Below, one piece after another: positions 17,785 through 26,170 of a stretch of 32,000 bases of DNA. The stretch lies in contig NC_005072.1 in assembly GCF_000011465.1 (NCBI RefSeq), positions 360,001 through 392,000 of the forward strand, read 5' to 3'. Position 1 is the stretch's first letter, and the number at the start of each line of letters is the position of its first letter. Position numbers and translations under genes: made by a program. This DNA comes from Prochlorococcus marinus subsp. pastoris str. CCMP1986 (lineage in GTDB: Bacteria > Cyanobacteriota > Cyanobacteriia > PCC-6307 > Cyanobiaceae). The notes under the pieces are model-generated. The model was not told where the DNA came from. It saw nothing but the letters and a program-made list of their open reading frames with translations, and searched no databases.

Positions 17785-18444
17785 TTAAATAAGTCTAATT
17801 TCTTTAAAAATCTCATTAAAATTTGATGTTCCAATACAATCTATACCTGAATCAAATAAATCAACAACTTGGGTTAGTGTTTTTATGCTTCCTACCACTT
17901 TTATAGAATTCTGGTTGCCAATAAATTTTAATATTTCAACTATATCAACTTTAGAAATAGCAGCTCCAAAACCATCTCCAAATTGAAAATTTGTTATTCC
18001 TAATTCAAGAGAAATTTCTATGGCTTTTTCAAAAAGTTCTTTATCTAATTTTGTTTTGTTTATGATTATAGTGACTGGTAATTCTGAAGCATTAATACTC
18101 TCAATTTCACTAGCAAAACTATTTAAATCATTTTTAGATAGTTTTAGAAAATTAGGGATGTATTCTATTCCGCTTGCACCATTATCTTTTGCATAGCAAA
18201 CAAATTCATCAATAAAATCAAGTGGTAAATCAGCTAATGGATAAGAAATTAGAGTATTTATATTTACTTTATGATTGTTTAATGCATCTTTTATAGGACT
18301 TAAAAAGTTAAGAGATGTAGAAACATTTCTAATATTATATTTTTGAATTAAATCGCAGTTGGCATTTAATTCTTCCAAAGATAAATACGGATTAATTATT
18401 ATTGCATGTATCTTTTCATTTAATTCATAATCGATATTAAACAT
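17785..18444 (-). CDS. DeoC/DERA-like class I aldolase-fold protein; the catalytic lysine is apparently not conserved (see findings)
   Basis: An alignment by eye to bacterial DeoC gives 'TLISYPLA' for 'TVIGFPLG', 'GASGIEYIPN' for 'GATEVDMVIN', 'GITNFQFGDGF' for 'GADFVKTSTGF' and 'IKVVGSIKT' for 'VKASGGVRT'. Confidence 0.6.
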   Translation of the reverse strand: MFNIDYELNEKIHAIIINPYLSLEELNANCDLIQKYNIRNVSTSLNFLSPIKDALNNHKVNINTLISYPLADLPLDFIDEFVCYAKDNGASGIEYIPNFLKLSKNDLNSFASEIESINASELPVTIIINKTKLDKELFEKAIEISLELGITNFQFGDGFGAAISKVDIVEILKFIGNQNSIKVVGSIKTLTQVVDLFDSGIDCIGTSNFNEIFKEIRLI

Positions 18445-18452
18445 TTTTAGTA

Positions 18453-19037
18453 TTATTTAGACTGGATTAATCCATAACCACCATGATTCCTTTTATAAAT
18501 AACTTGTAGTTCATTATTTAATTTATTTCTAAATAAATAAAAATCATGATCAATAAAATCTAATTGTTTTCTAGCCTCTTCCAAAGAGATAGGAATCATT
18601 TCAAAATATTTTTTTTTAATAGATGGTTCAGGTAATCTCACCTCTCTTTCCTCGTTGAATATATCTTTATCTATAGAATCTGATTCTTCAATTGCATTGG
18701 AATAAGAATTTTTATTCTTTACAAGATTATTATGTAATTTTTTATTATGCCTCTCTTTATATTTCCGTAGTTTTCTACAAAGTTTATTTGAAACCAAATC
18801 AATACTTGAATATAGATTCTCTGTTTTTTCTTCAGCTCTGATAATAGTTCCATTAGCAAAAATTGTAACTTCAGCTGTTTGGAATGAAACTCTTGGATTC
18901 TTTTCGATTGAAAGGTGTATATCTGCTTCTTTAACGATATCCTTATAGTGATGCGTTGCTTTTTCTATTTTTGCCTCAGTATATTCTTTTAAAGGTCCTG
19001 TAAGTTCGAGATTCTTTCCATGGATTAAAATTTTCAT
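18453..19037 (-). CDS. hpf: Ribosome hibernation promoting factor, long form (light-repressed protein A)
   Basis: The N-terminal sigma-54 modulation/S30EA domain reads 'MKILIHGKNLELTGPLKEYTEAKIEKA'. The C-terminal dimerisation domain reads 'DHDFYLFRN...LQVIYKRNHGGYGLI'. Confidence 0.9.
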   Translation of the reverse strand: MKILIHGKNLELTGPLKEYTEAKIEKATHHYKDIVKEADIHLSIEKNPRVSFQTAEVTIFANGTIIRAEEKTENLYSSIDLVSNKLCRKLRKYKERHNKKLHNNLVKNKNSYSNAIEESDSIDKDIFNEEREVRLPEPSIKKKYFEMIPISLEEARKQLDFIDHDFYLFRNKLNNELQVIYKRNHGGYGLIQSK

Positions 19038-19081
19038 AATAAATCTAAAAATATTTTCATATTTCCTAAATCTACATAACT

Positions 19082-19726
19082 ATGATTAATAGAACATCAA
19101 TAATTAAACAACCTGATAAAATTTCATTTTTTTATGACGTATATAAATTACAAAAAGAATATCAAGACTCATTAATTTCAGGTAAATCAAATATGAATTT
19201 TATTTGGTTAGGCGAGCATCAACTTTGCTATACAGTCGGAAGAGGTTCGAATATGGATAACTTGCTTTTCTCAGCAGATGAACAAGATGTATTTAAAATT
19301 GATAGAGGTGGTGAGGTTACATGCCATATGCCAGGACAGTTAGTCACTTATTTAGTTTTAGATTTGAGTAATTTAAATAAAGATTTAAATTGGTATTTAA
19401 GAAAAATTGAAAAAATAATTATTAAAACTCTAAGGAGTTTTAATATTAATTGCTCTACTAAAGATGGATTTACAGGTGTGTGGATAGGAGAAAGGAAAAT
19501 TGCTTCAATCGGTATTGGATGCAAACGGTGGGTAACAATTCATGGCTTCTCAATAAACGTTAACTGCAAATTAGAAAATTTTAATAAGATTGTTCCTTGC
19601 GGTATTAAGGGCTGCCAAATGGTAAATATGTCTGATTACAATAAAAATGTAGATATAAAAGAAGTTAAGAAAATTGTTAAAAAAATCATTCATGAAGAGT
19701 TTAATTTTAATTTTGTATCAGAATAG
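19082..19726 (+). CDS. lipB: Octanoyltransferase (lipoyl(octanoyl) transferase)
   Basis: '[15 protein letters not shown]', 'KIASIGI' and 'IVPCGIKG' (the catalytic Cys) are present. Confidence 0.9.
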   Translation: MINRTSIIKQPDKISFFYDVYKLQKEYQDSLISGKSNMNFIWLGEHQLCYTVGRGSNMDNLLFSADEQDVFKIDRGGEVTCHMPGQLVTYLVLDLSNLNKDLNWYLRKIEKIIIKTLRSFNINCSTKDGFTGVWIGERKIASIGIGCKRWVTIHGFSINVNCKLENFNKIVPCGIKGCQMVNMSDYNKNVDIKEVKKIVKKIIHEEFNFNFVSE

Positions 19727-19756
19727 AAACTTAAAAGATTTGGAAATTTCATAAAT

Positions 19757-21682
19757 ATGAAAGAATTAGCATATTGGCCTGCAGCAAAATCTCTTTCAAA
19801 AAATGAAAAATTTACAAGTACAAGGAAAGATATAAATAATCTTGATCATGTTGATCAAATATGGGAATACTTAAAATTAAGATGTGGGAATACAATAGCT
19901 ATTAATGATTTGAGAGGAAAAAATAAAGAAAAAATTTCCTATTCTGAGTTAGCTGATTTAATCACTAAAGTCTCTAATTCTTTTAAAAATTATGGATTAG
20001 TTAAAGGTGATGTTGTCACCTTAATATCTGAAAACTCACCAAGATGGTTAATAGCTGACCAAGGGTTGATGCGATTAGGAGCTATTAATGCTGTAAGAGG
20101 TATTAATTCACCTTCAGTAGAATTAGAGTACATAATTGAGCATTCTAATTCTGTTGGTCTAATTGTTCAATCTAAAGAAGTCTGGTTAAAATTAAATAAA
20201 AAAAATGAATTAAAAAAAAGATTCAAATTTATAATTAATCTGGAAGATGAACAATTTGAAGATCTAATAAATTGGCCTGAATTTATAAAAGCTGGAGAGG
20301 AAAATCTTTTAAAAAATAATAGTTTCGAAAAATATAATCATCAGATTAACGATATTGCCAGCATTCTCTATACATCAGGGACAACAGGTAAACCAAAAGG
20401 TGTTCCCTTAACACATGCAAACTTTTTACATCAAATCATTAATCTGGCCAATATCGCCGATCCAGAACCGGGAACTTCTGTCTTGAGTGTATTACCTATC
20501 TGGCATTCGTATGAAAGAAGTGCAGAATATTTCTTTTTTTCATGCGGGTGTACTCAATTTTATACAAATCCAAAATTCCTGAAAGATGATATTAAACAAG
20601 TTAAGCCAGTTGTTATGGCTACTGTCCCTAGGCTATGGGAGGCCATTCACGATGGCTTTTTCTTGGCTTTAAAAAAAATGCCTCCTAAAAAACAGAAAAT
20701 TATAAAGATCTTGATAAAGAATAGTTCTATTTTTAAAAGAAATTTAAGAAAGATCAGAAATTTAGAAATTAATCAAGTAAGTTCCTTAGCAAAAATATCT
20801 TTGACAATATCTGTAATAGGAAGATTTTTTATACATAAGATATCTTCTACTTTTTTATGGCCAAGTATTTTGAAACAATTATGTGGAGAAAAACTAAAAT
20901 TTCCAATCAATGGTGGGGGTGCTTTACCTGAGCACGTAGATTTGTTTTTTGAATCTTTAGGTATAGATGTTCTAGTCGGTTATGGATTAACAGAAACCAG
21001 TCCAGTACTCACTTGTAGAAGAAGAGAACTTAATGTTAGGGGATCTTCTGGACAACCATTGGCATTTACTGAAATTAAAATAATGAATGAAGAAAAAGAT
21101 AAGATTTTGAAATTTAAAGAGATAGGCAAGATTCTTGTTAAAGGACCTCAAGTAATGAAAGGTTATTTGAATAATATTTCAGCTACTAAAGATGTTTTAT
21201 CAAAAGATGGTTGGTTTGATACTGGAGATTTAGGTTTTCTTATTCCAAATGGATCTTTGGTTATAACAGGGCGAGCGAAGGATACGATAGTTCTTTCTAG
21301 TGGAGAAAATATAGAGCCAAATCCCCTTGAAACTGAGATTCTTAGTTCTGAATTTATTAATCAAGTTCAATTAGTAGGTCAAGATAAAAAATGTTTAACA
21401 GCACTTGTCGCTCCAAACATAGAATTAGTAGAAAATAAATTCTTTGAAAATGATATTTCCAAATTAAATTCGAATAAAAAAATTGGTTTGTTTTTTAAGT
21501 CGCAGATAAATAATTTGCTAAAAAATAGATTAGGAGCAAGATTTGAGGAACAGATATTAGAATGCTATTTTGTTGATGCTTTTACTTTAGAAAATGGTTT
21601 ATTGACTCAAACTCTTAAGCAGAAAAGAAGAGAAATAGTTGATTTATATTCAACACATATAGAAGAAATGTATAAAAAATAA
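19757..21682 (+). CDS. aas: Long-chain acyl-CoA/acyl-ACP synthetase (AMP-dependent ligase)
   Basis: The AMP-binding motif 'ILYTSGTTGKPKGV', 'GYGLTETSP' and 'GWFDTGDLG' are present in a 641-aa protein, as in cyanobacterial Aas. Confidence 0.9.
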   Translation: MKELAYWPAAKSLSKNEKFTSTRKDINNLDHVDQIWEYLKLRCGNTIAINDLRGKNKEKISYSELADLITKVSNSFKNYGLVKGDVVTLISENSPRWLIADQGLMRLGAINAVRGINSPSVELEYIIEHSNSVGLIVQSKEVWLKLNKKNELKKRFKFIINLEDEQFEDLINWPEFIKAGEENLLKNNSFEKYNHQINDIASILYTSGTTGKPKGVPLTHANFLHQIINLANIADPEPGTSVLSVLPIWHSYERSAEYFFFSCGCTQFYTNPKFLKDDIKQVKPVVMATVPRLWEAIHDGFFLALKKMPPKKQKIIKILIKNSSIFKRNLRKIRNLEINQVSSLAKISLTISVIGRFFIHKISSTFLWPSILKQLCGEKLKFPINGGGALPEHVDLFFESLGIDVLVGYGLTETSPVLTCRRRELNVRGSSGQPLAFTEIKIMNEEKDKILKFKEIGKILVKGPQVMKGYLNNISATKDVLSKDGWFDTGDLGFLIPNGSLVITGRAKDTIVLSSGENIEPNPLETEILSSEFINQVQLVGQDKKCLTALVAPNIELVENKFFENDISKLNSNKKIGLFFKSQINNLLKNRLGARFEEQILECYFVDAFTLENGLLTQTLKQKRREIVDLYSTHIEEMYKK

Positions 21683-21739
21683 ATTAAAAAAGAAAATCCT
21701 CTTTGATATCTCTATATTGAAAGGGTAAATTAATTTTTT

Positions 21740-22186
21740 ATGGAAACTAAAAACTCTATATCCATCAAACGTTCAATAGCAATAAAAGCTATTGTTACCC
21801 CTACTTGGAAAGAAGATGCTGAGAAGGAATTAAGTAATGCGATTTCTGCAGTTGACCAACAATTATCACAACTTGAACAAGAAGGTCAACAAATAGTTAG
21901 TAATATAAGATCCCAGTCAGTAAATCCATTAGATCCAAGAGTTCAAGAGCAAGTTGGCCAAGTTCAGCAACAAGTTGGTGCGAAAAGAAACGAACTTGAA
22001 GAGCAAAAAAGAAATCTATTGCAACAACAAAGCCAAGTTCGTGATTTAAAAATGGATGAAATTGTTGATCAAGGTCAGGTTGATAGCTTTTGTGATGTTT
22101 CGGTTGGAGATAATCTTATTAAGAAGATGCAAGTTTCAATAACAGTTAAAGATGGGATAATTCAATCGATTAATAACAACGAATAA
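21740..22186 (+). CDS. Coiled-coil protein, possibly YlqD family
   Basis: A 148-aa ORF with a Gln-rich central coiled coil and beta-rich ends. The family name is from memory and is not verified. Confidence 0.7.
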   Translation: METKNSISIKRSIAIKAIVTPTWKEDAEKELSNAISAVDQQLSQLEQEGQQIVSNIRSQSVNPLDPRVQEQVGQVQQQVGAKRNELEEQKRNLLQQQSQVRDLKMDEIVDQGQVDSFCDVSVGDNLIKKMQVSITVKDGIIQSINNNE

Positions 22187-22300
22187 ATTTAAAAGTTTAA
22201 ATTCCTTTTTGAATGTAAATCATAGTTTCTTTGGGGCAAATTTTGTCATGCCTTCACTAAATTTTCGATCGCTTTTACTCTTTCAGAATCGCCTATAAGG

Positions 22301-22612
22301 TTATTGAATTTTAATTTTTTCTAAATTCCATTTATCAAATATTAGTTTCATTTCTCTTTCGTAGAATCTTACTTTCTTTGAGAAAGGTAGTTGTTGAATA
22401 ATTATTCCAAAGGGGAATTTAAAAAAAGAAGAAACATAAACAATATAAAACTCGACAAATGAAGGTTTTGGTGGGAGAGGTAAATTTTTTAAATATGCCC
22501 AATCAATGCATGGTTTTAGTTGCTTATCACTAGCAGCAATATTTTTTTTACATCTCCAGTAAGAGAATAGATAAATGCCTATAAAAATCGGTAGTGGAAG
22601 AAGTCGCAACAT
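22301..22612 (-). CDS. Hypothetical membrane protein (103 aa)
   Basis: An ORF with an N-terminal TM segment. No family was recognised. Confidence 0.4.
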   Translation of the reverse strand: MLRLLPLPIFIGIYLFSYWRCKKNIAASDKQLKPCIDWAYLKNLPLPPKPSFVEFYIVYVSSFFKFPFGIIIQQLPFSKKVRFYEREMKLIFDKWNLEKIKIQ

Positions 22613-22775
22613 TAAATATCAAGGATAATTTTTCTTCTCATTGATTCACACTTATATTTGATAATAAATGGATAGTTTTGTTTTTATGGAAATTCTGCTC
22701 ATTGGATTATCACTAGGTCACATCAAAATTTGAGATTTGTTTTAATCATTTTGCCAGAAATTAAAATTTTGTCCT

Positions 22776-22880
22776 TTACTCTTTACCTTTAAATAAATCA
22801 ACTTTGATATCAAAAGTAACCACTATTCCAATGCTTATTAGCAATAATCCAATCGCAATTTGAGCTGAAGGTAAAACCAT
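22776..22880 (-). CDS. Candidate 34-aa single-pass membrane peptide (MVLPSAQIAIGLLLISIGIVVTFDIKVDLFKGKE)
   Basis: Translated by hand and below the ORF-track cutoff. It has one clear hydrophobic helix. There is no other support. Confidence 0.25.
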   Translation of the reverse strand: MVLPSAQIAIGLLLISIGIVVTFDIKVDLFKGKE

Positions 22881-22973
22881 ATAAAACTTATTTGCATTCA
22901 CCCTATCTAATCCATTCAAGTATCGATGAAAGATTTAGTAATATTAAATTAAAATAAAGCAGTACATTTCAAC

Positions 22974-23168
22974 ATGGCACGAGCAGAAAATGATCTTGAT
23001 ATCTATTATGCAGTAGGTAATGCGAATACTCAAAGACAAGAAAGTGAAATTGCAGCAATAATCAATAATAGGAATTCTGGAGGGTGGAAATTAATCTCAA
23101 CATGTACCGCAATTGTGGATACTAAAAATCAATTTTCAAACCTTTATTTATTCTGGGAAAAGAAATAG
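22974..23168 (+). CDS. Hypothetical protein (64 aa)
   Basis: An ORF followed about 85 nt downstream by a strong intrinsic terminator. Confidence 0.45.
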   Translation: MARAENDLDIYYAVGNANTQRQESEIAAIINNRNSGGWKLISTCTAIVDTKNQFSNLYLFWEKK

Positions 23169-23254
23169 TGTGTAAACACTACATTGAATTGAAATCTTTT
23201 CCATTCGATTAATAACATCAGAAACTCCTCATATACAAATTTCTGATCACTAAA

Positions 23255-23286
23255 CACTCCGATTCTTAAGAATTGGGTGTTTTTTT
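23255..23286 (+). terminator. Rho-independent terminator
   Basis: The hairpin is CAC(T)CCGATTC-TTAA-GAATTGGGTG: 10 bp with one bulge and one G-U pair. It is followed by TTTTTTT. Confidence 0.65.
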
Positions 23287-23386
23287 AATGCAATTAAGTC
23301 TGAAGAGGTATAACTGTCATATGTGACAATTAAGTAATATTACTCACCCCCTTCCACGAAAAAGAAATATATGTAATAGTTTATTG

Positions 23387-23483
23387 TTGTGTGTAGGAGA
23401 GTTTTTACTGAAACAGTGGAAACAAGGAAACACTTGATTCGGTAAAACCAGAAAAAGACCTCTAGAAATAGGGGTCTTTTTTT
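23387..23483 (+). ncRNA. Yfr2-family-like small RNA (5' end approximate)
   Basis: Three tandem GAAACA motifs are present: UGAAACA at 23409-23415, GGAAACA at 23418-23424 and GGAAACA at 23426-23432. The RNA ends at a terminator hairpin AGACCTC-TAGAAATA-GGGGTCT plus a T-run (23456-23483). A -10-like TAATAG lies at 23374-23379. The predicted length of ~95 nt matches the Yfr2-5 family known from Prochlorococcus. Confidence 0.55.
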
Positions 23484-23571
23484 GTGCAAATGATCTCTAA
23501 TCCACCTGTAACTCGATATCCTTTTTATTACTTTCTTAATCTTCTATGGTTCCCTATAGAACCTGTTTTTG

Positions 23572-23577
23572 TATAAT
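23572..23577 (+). promoter_or_regulatory. Candidate -10 box (TATAAT) for pdhC
   Basis: A perfect TATAAT about 93 nt upstream of the pdhC ATG. Such hexamers are common by chance in an AT-rich genome. Confidence 0.3.
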
Positions 23578-23669
23578 ATGAATAACACGGATTTAGTGAG
23601 TCTGACGTAGAAAAGTGTAGACACTTTTGTAGACACCACCACCAGATCCCTTACTATAACTGATCTTGT

Positions 23670-25037
23670 ATGTCTCACGAAATATTTATGCCAGCTCTTA
23701 GTTCTACTATGACTGAAGGCAAAATTGTTGAATGGTTAAAGAATCCTGGAGATAAAGTTGAAAGAGGAGAATCTGTTTTAGTTGTTGAATCAGATAAAGC
23801 TGATATGGATGTTGAATCTTTTCAAGATGGATATCTTGCTGCAGTACTAATGCCAGCTGGTAGTACTGCTCCAGTTGGTGAAACCATTGGACTTATTGTA
23901 GAGAATCAGGATGAGATAGCTTCTATACAAGAACAAAATAAAGGTAAACAGACTGAAGTATCAAGTGATGGTCAACTCGAATTACCAAATAATAAACCTG
24001 AAATAAAAGAAGAAAAGCAAAAAGAGGTGCCTCAAAATAATGAGCAGGAAGTCGAGATTAAAAGGGAAAAAGTGCTAATTACCTCTAATGAGATTCAATT
24101 TAACGCCTCTACTAGTAATAATTCTTCAAGAGTAATAGCATCTCCAAGGGCAAAAAAACTTGCTTCTACAATGGGAGTCGAATTAGCAAAAGTGCATGGA
24201 TCAGGACCTCATGGAAGGATTCAGGCTGATGATGTATTGAAGGCAAATGGCCAACCTGTGTCTATTCCATGGATAGGAGAGGGAAGTTCTCCCGCCAGTA
24301 TTTCTAGTCCTCATGTTCAAGCCGAAAGCAAGTCAGAGACATTAGGGAATAGTTTTGGAAACCCCGGGGAAACTGTACAATTTAATACTCTTCAAAAAGC
24401 TGTAAATAAGAATATGGAATCAAGTTTAAATGTTCCATGTTTTAGAGTTGGGTATTCAATTAATACTGATAAATTGGATAATTTTTACAAGAAAGTAAAG
24501 CAAAATGGAGTTACTATGACTGCGTTGTTAGTCAAGGCAGTTGCAAAGACACTTAAAAAACATCCCCAAGTTAATTCAAGCTTTTCAGAAAACGGAATTT
24601 CTTATCCAGAAAATATAAATATTGCTGTGGCTGTTGCTATGGAAGATGGAGGGTTGATAACTCCAGTATTAAAAGAACCTTGTAACACTGATTTATTTGA
24701 ATTATCTAGAGAGTGGAAAGATCTTGTGAAAAGATCTAGAGCAAAACAATTAGAACCAGATGAATACTCAACAGGAACATTTACTTTGTCAAATTTAGGA
24801 ATGTTTGGTGTTGACAGGTTTGATGCAATACTTCCACCAGGTACAGGTGCGATTTTAGCCATAGCATCATCGAAGCCAACAGTTGTTGCTAATAATGATG
24901 GCTCAATATCTGTTAAAAAAATAATGCAAGTAAACTTAACCGCTGATCATAGAGTAATTTATGGTGCTGATGGTGCATCATTCTTAAAAGACTTGTCTTC
25001 TCTCATTGAAAACGAGCCAGAAACACTTGTAGCCTAA
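23670..25037 (+). CDS. pdhC: Pyruvate dehydrogenase E2, dihydrolipoamide acetyltransferase
   Basis: It has a single lipoyl domain ('VVESDKADMDVE'), an E3/E1-binding domain ('ASPRAKKLA...GSGPHGRI') and the catalytic motif 'DHRVIYGADGASF'. Confidence 0.92.
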   Translation: MSHEIFMPALSSTMTEGKIVEWLKNPGDKVERGESVLVVESDKADMDVESFQDGYLAAVLMPAGSTAPVGETIGLIVENQDEIASIQEQNKGKQTEVSSDGQLELPNNKPEIKEEKQKEVPQNNEQEVEIKREKVLITSNEIQFNASTSNNSSRVIASPRAKKLASTMGVELAKVHGSGPHGRIQADDVLKANGQPVSIPWIGEGSSPASISSPHVQAESKSETLGNSFGNPGETVQFNTLQKAVNKNMESSLNVPCFRVGYSINTDKLDNFYKKVKQNGVTMTALLVKAVAKTLKKHPQVNSSFSENGISYPENINIAVAVAMEDGGLITPVLKEPCNTDLFELSREWKDLVKRSRAKQLEPDEYSTGTFTLSNLGMFGVDRFDAILPPGTGAILAIASSKPTVVANNDGSISVKKIMQVNLTADHRVIYGADGASFLKDLSSLIENEPETLVA

Positions 25038-25043
25038 ATATAA

Positions 25044-26168
25044 TTGAATTTTGAAATTCATAATGAAGAAATAGATCATAAGCTAGAAGCTTATGATTAT
25101 ATTCTTGATGAAACATTAATTGCTAATAAACCTTCTAAAGTAAGGCACGAATCTAGATTAATGATAGTTAGAGATAGTTCATTAGAAGAAGACTTTACAA
25201 CAAATAAATATACAAAGAATCTCTTGGACGAACTTAGAAAGGGTGATTTGGTCGTTGTAAATGATACGAAGGTGATGAAAGCAAGGTTAAAGGTTGAATT
25301 AGAAAATGGGAAATTAGTCGAATTATTAGTTTTGGAGAAAGCAGATCAATCTACTTGGCTATGTTTAGCAAGGCCTGCTAAAAAGTTAAAAATAAACAGT
25401 CAATTAAATTTAAAATCATCCTTGGCAAAAGATATAAAATTGCATATTTCTGGGACTGATAAAGAAACTGGAGGAAGATTTATCAAGTTTCCAGAAAATA
25501 TAAATGATCTAATTTCAATGAATAATCTCCTTGATATATATGGAGAAACTCCCCTCCCTCCATATATAAAAAGCGCCGAAGAAGAATCTTTTCATGAAAA
25601 TAGTTATCAAACTGAGTATGCAAGTAATCCTGGAGCAGTTGCTGCTCCAACAGCAGGATTACATTTAAGTAAAAGTCTTATTTCAAATTTAAAAAAAAAA
25701 GGCATATTAGTTATGCCAATTACTTTGCATGTAGGTTATGGAACATTTAAGCCAATTGATCAAGAAGATTTATCTAATTTAAAACTTCATAAAGAGTGGG
25801 TCAGGGTTAGTAGTGAAGTCGTAGAAGAAATAAAAAGAGTAAAAAAAACGGACAGAAGAGTAATAGCTATTGGAACTACAAGTGTAAGAGCTCTTGAAAG
25901 TTGCTATTCGTATGAAATGGGAGACTTAATTCCTATAGATAAGTATGTTGATTTAGTAATTAAGCCAGGTTATAAATTCAAAGTAGTTGATGGATTATTA
26001 ACTAATTTTCATCTTCCAAAGAGTTCATTATTACTACTAGTAAGCGCAATGATTGGTAGAGAAAGATTACTAAATCTTTATAAAAAAGCCATAAGAGAAA
26101 AATTTAGATTCTTCTCTTATGGCGATGCTATGTATATTTCACCAGATTCATTTCTGGTGAAAAAATAA
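25044..26168 (+). CDS. queA: S-adenosylmethionine:tRNA ribosyltransferase-isomerase
   Basis: 'GETPLPPYIK', 'YQTEYA...GAVAAPTAGLH', 'HVGYGTFKP', 'GTTSVRALES' and 'NFHLPKSSLL' are present. The start codon is TTG. Confidence 0.95.
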   Translation: MNFEIHNEEIDHKLEAYDYILDETLIANKPSKVRHESRLMIVRDSSLEEDFTTNKYTKNLLDELRKGDLVVVNDTKVMKARLKVELENGKLVELLVLEKADQSTWLCLARPAKKLKINSQLNLKSSLAKDIKLHISGTDKETGGRFIKFPENINDLISMNNLLDIYGETPLPPYIKSAEEESFHENSYQTEYASNPGAVAAPTAGLHLSKSLISNLKKKGILVMPITLHVGYGTFKPIDQEDLSNLKLHKEWVRVSSEVVEEIKRVKKTDRRVIAIGTTSVRALESCYSYEMGDLIPIDKYVDLVIKPGYKFKVVDGLLTNFHLPKSSLLLLVSAMIGRERLLNLYKKAIREKFRFFSYGDAMYISPDSFLVKK

Positions 26169-26170
26169 AT

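Noticed and set aside
23217-23286. Calling this element Yfr1 itself
   Set aside because: The core reads ACUCCUCAUAUAC rather than the invariant ACUCCUCACAC, and it sits in a hairpin loop rather than between two hairpins. As far as I recall, Yfr1 also maps elsewhere in the genome. It is kept only as a Yfr1-like candidate.
23611-23640. An NtcA-binding site upstream of pdhC
   Set aside because: The GTAGACAC repeats are direct, not palindromic. No GTA-N8-TAC arrangement is present.
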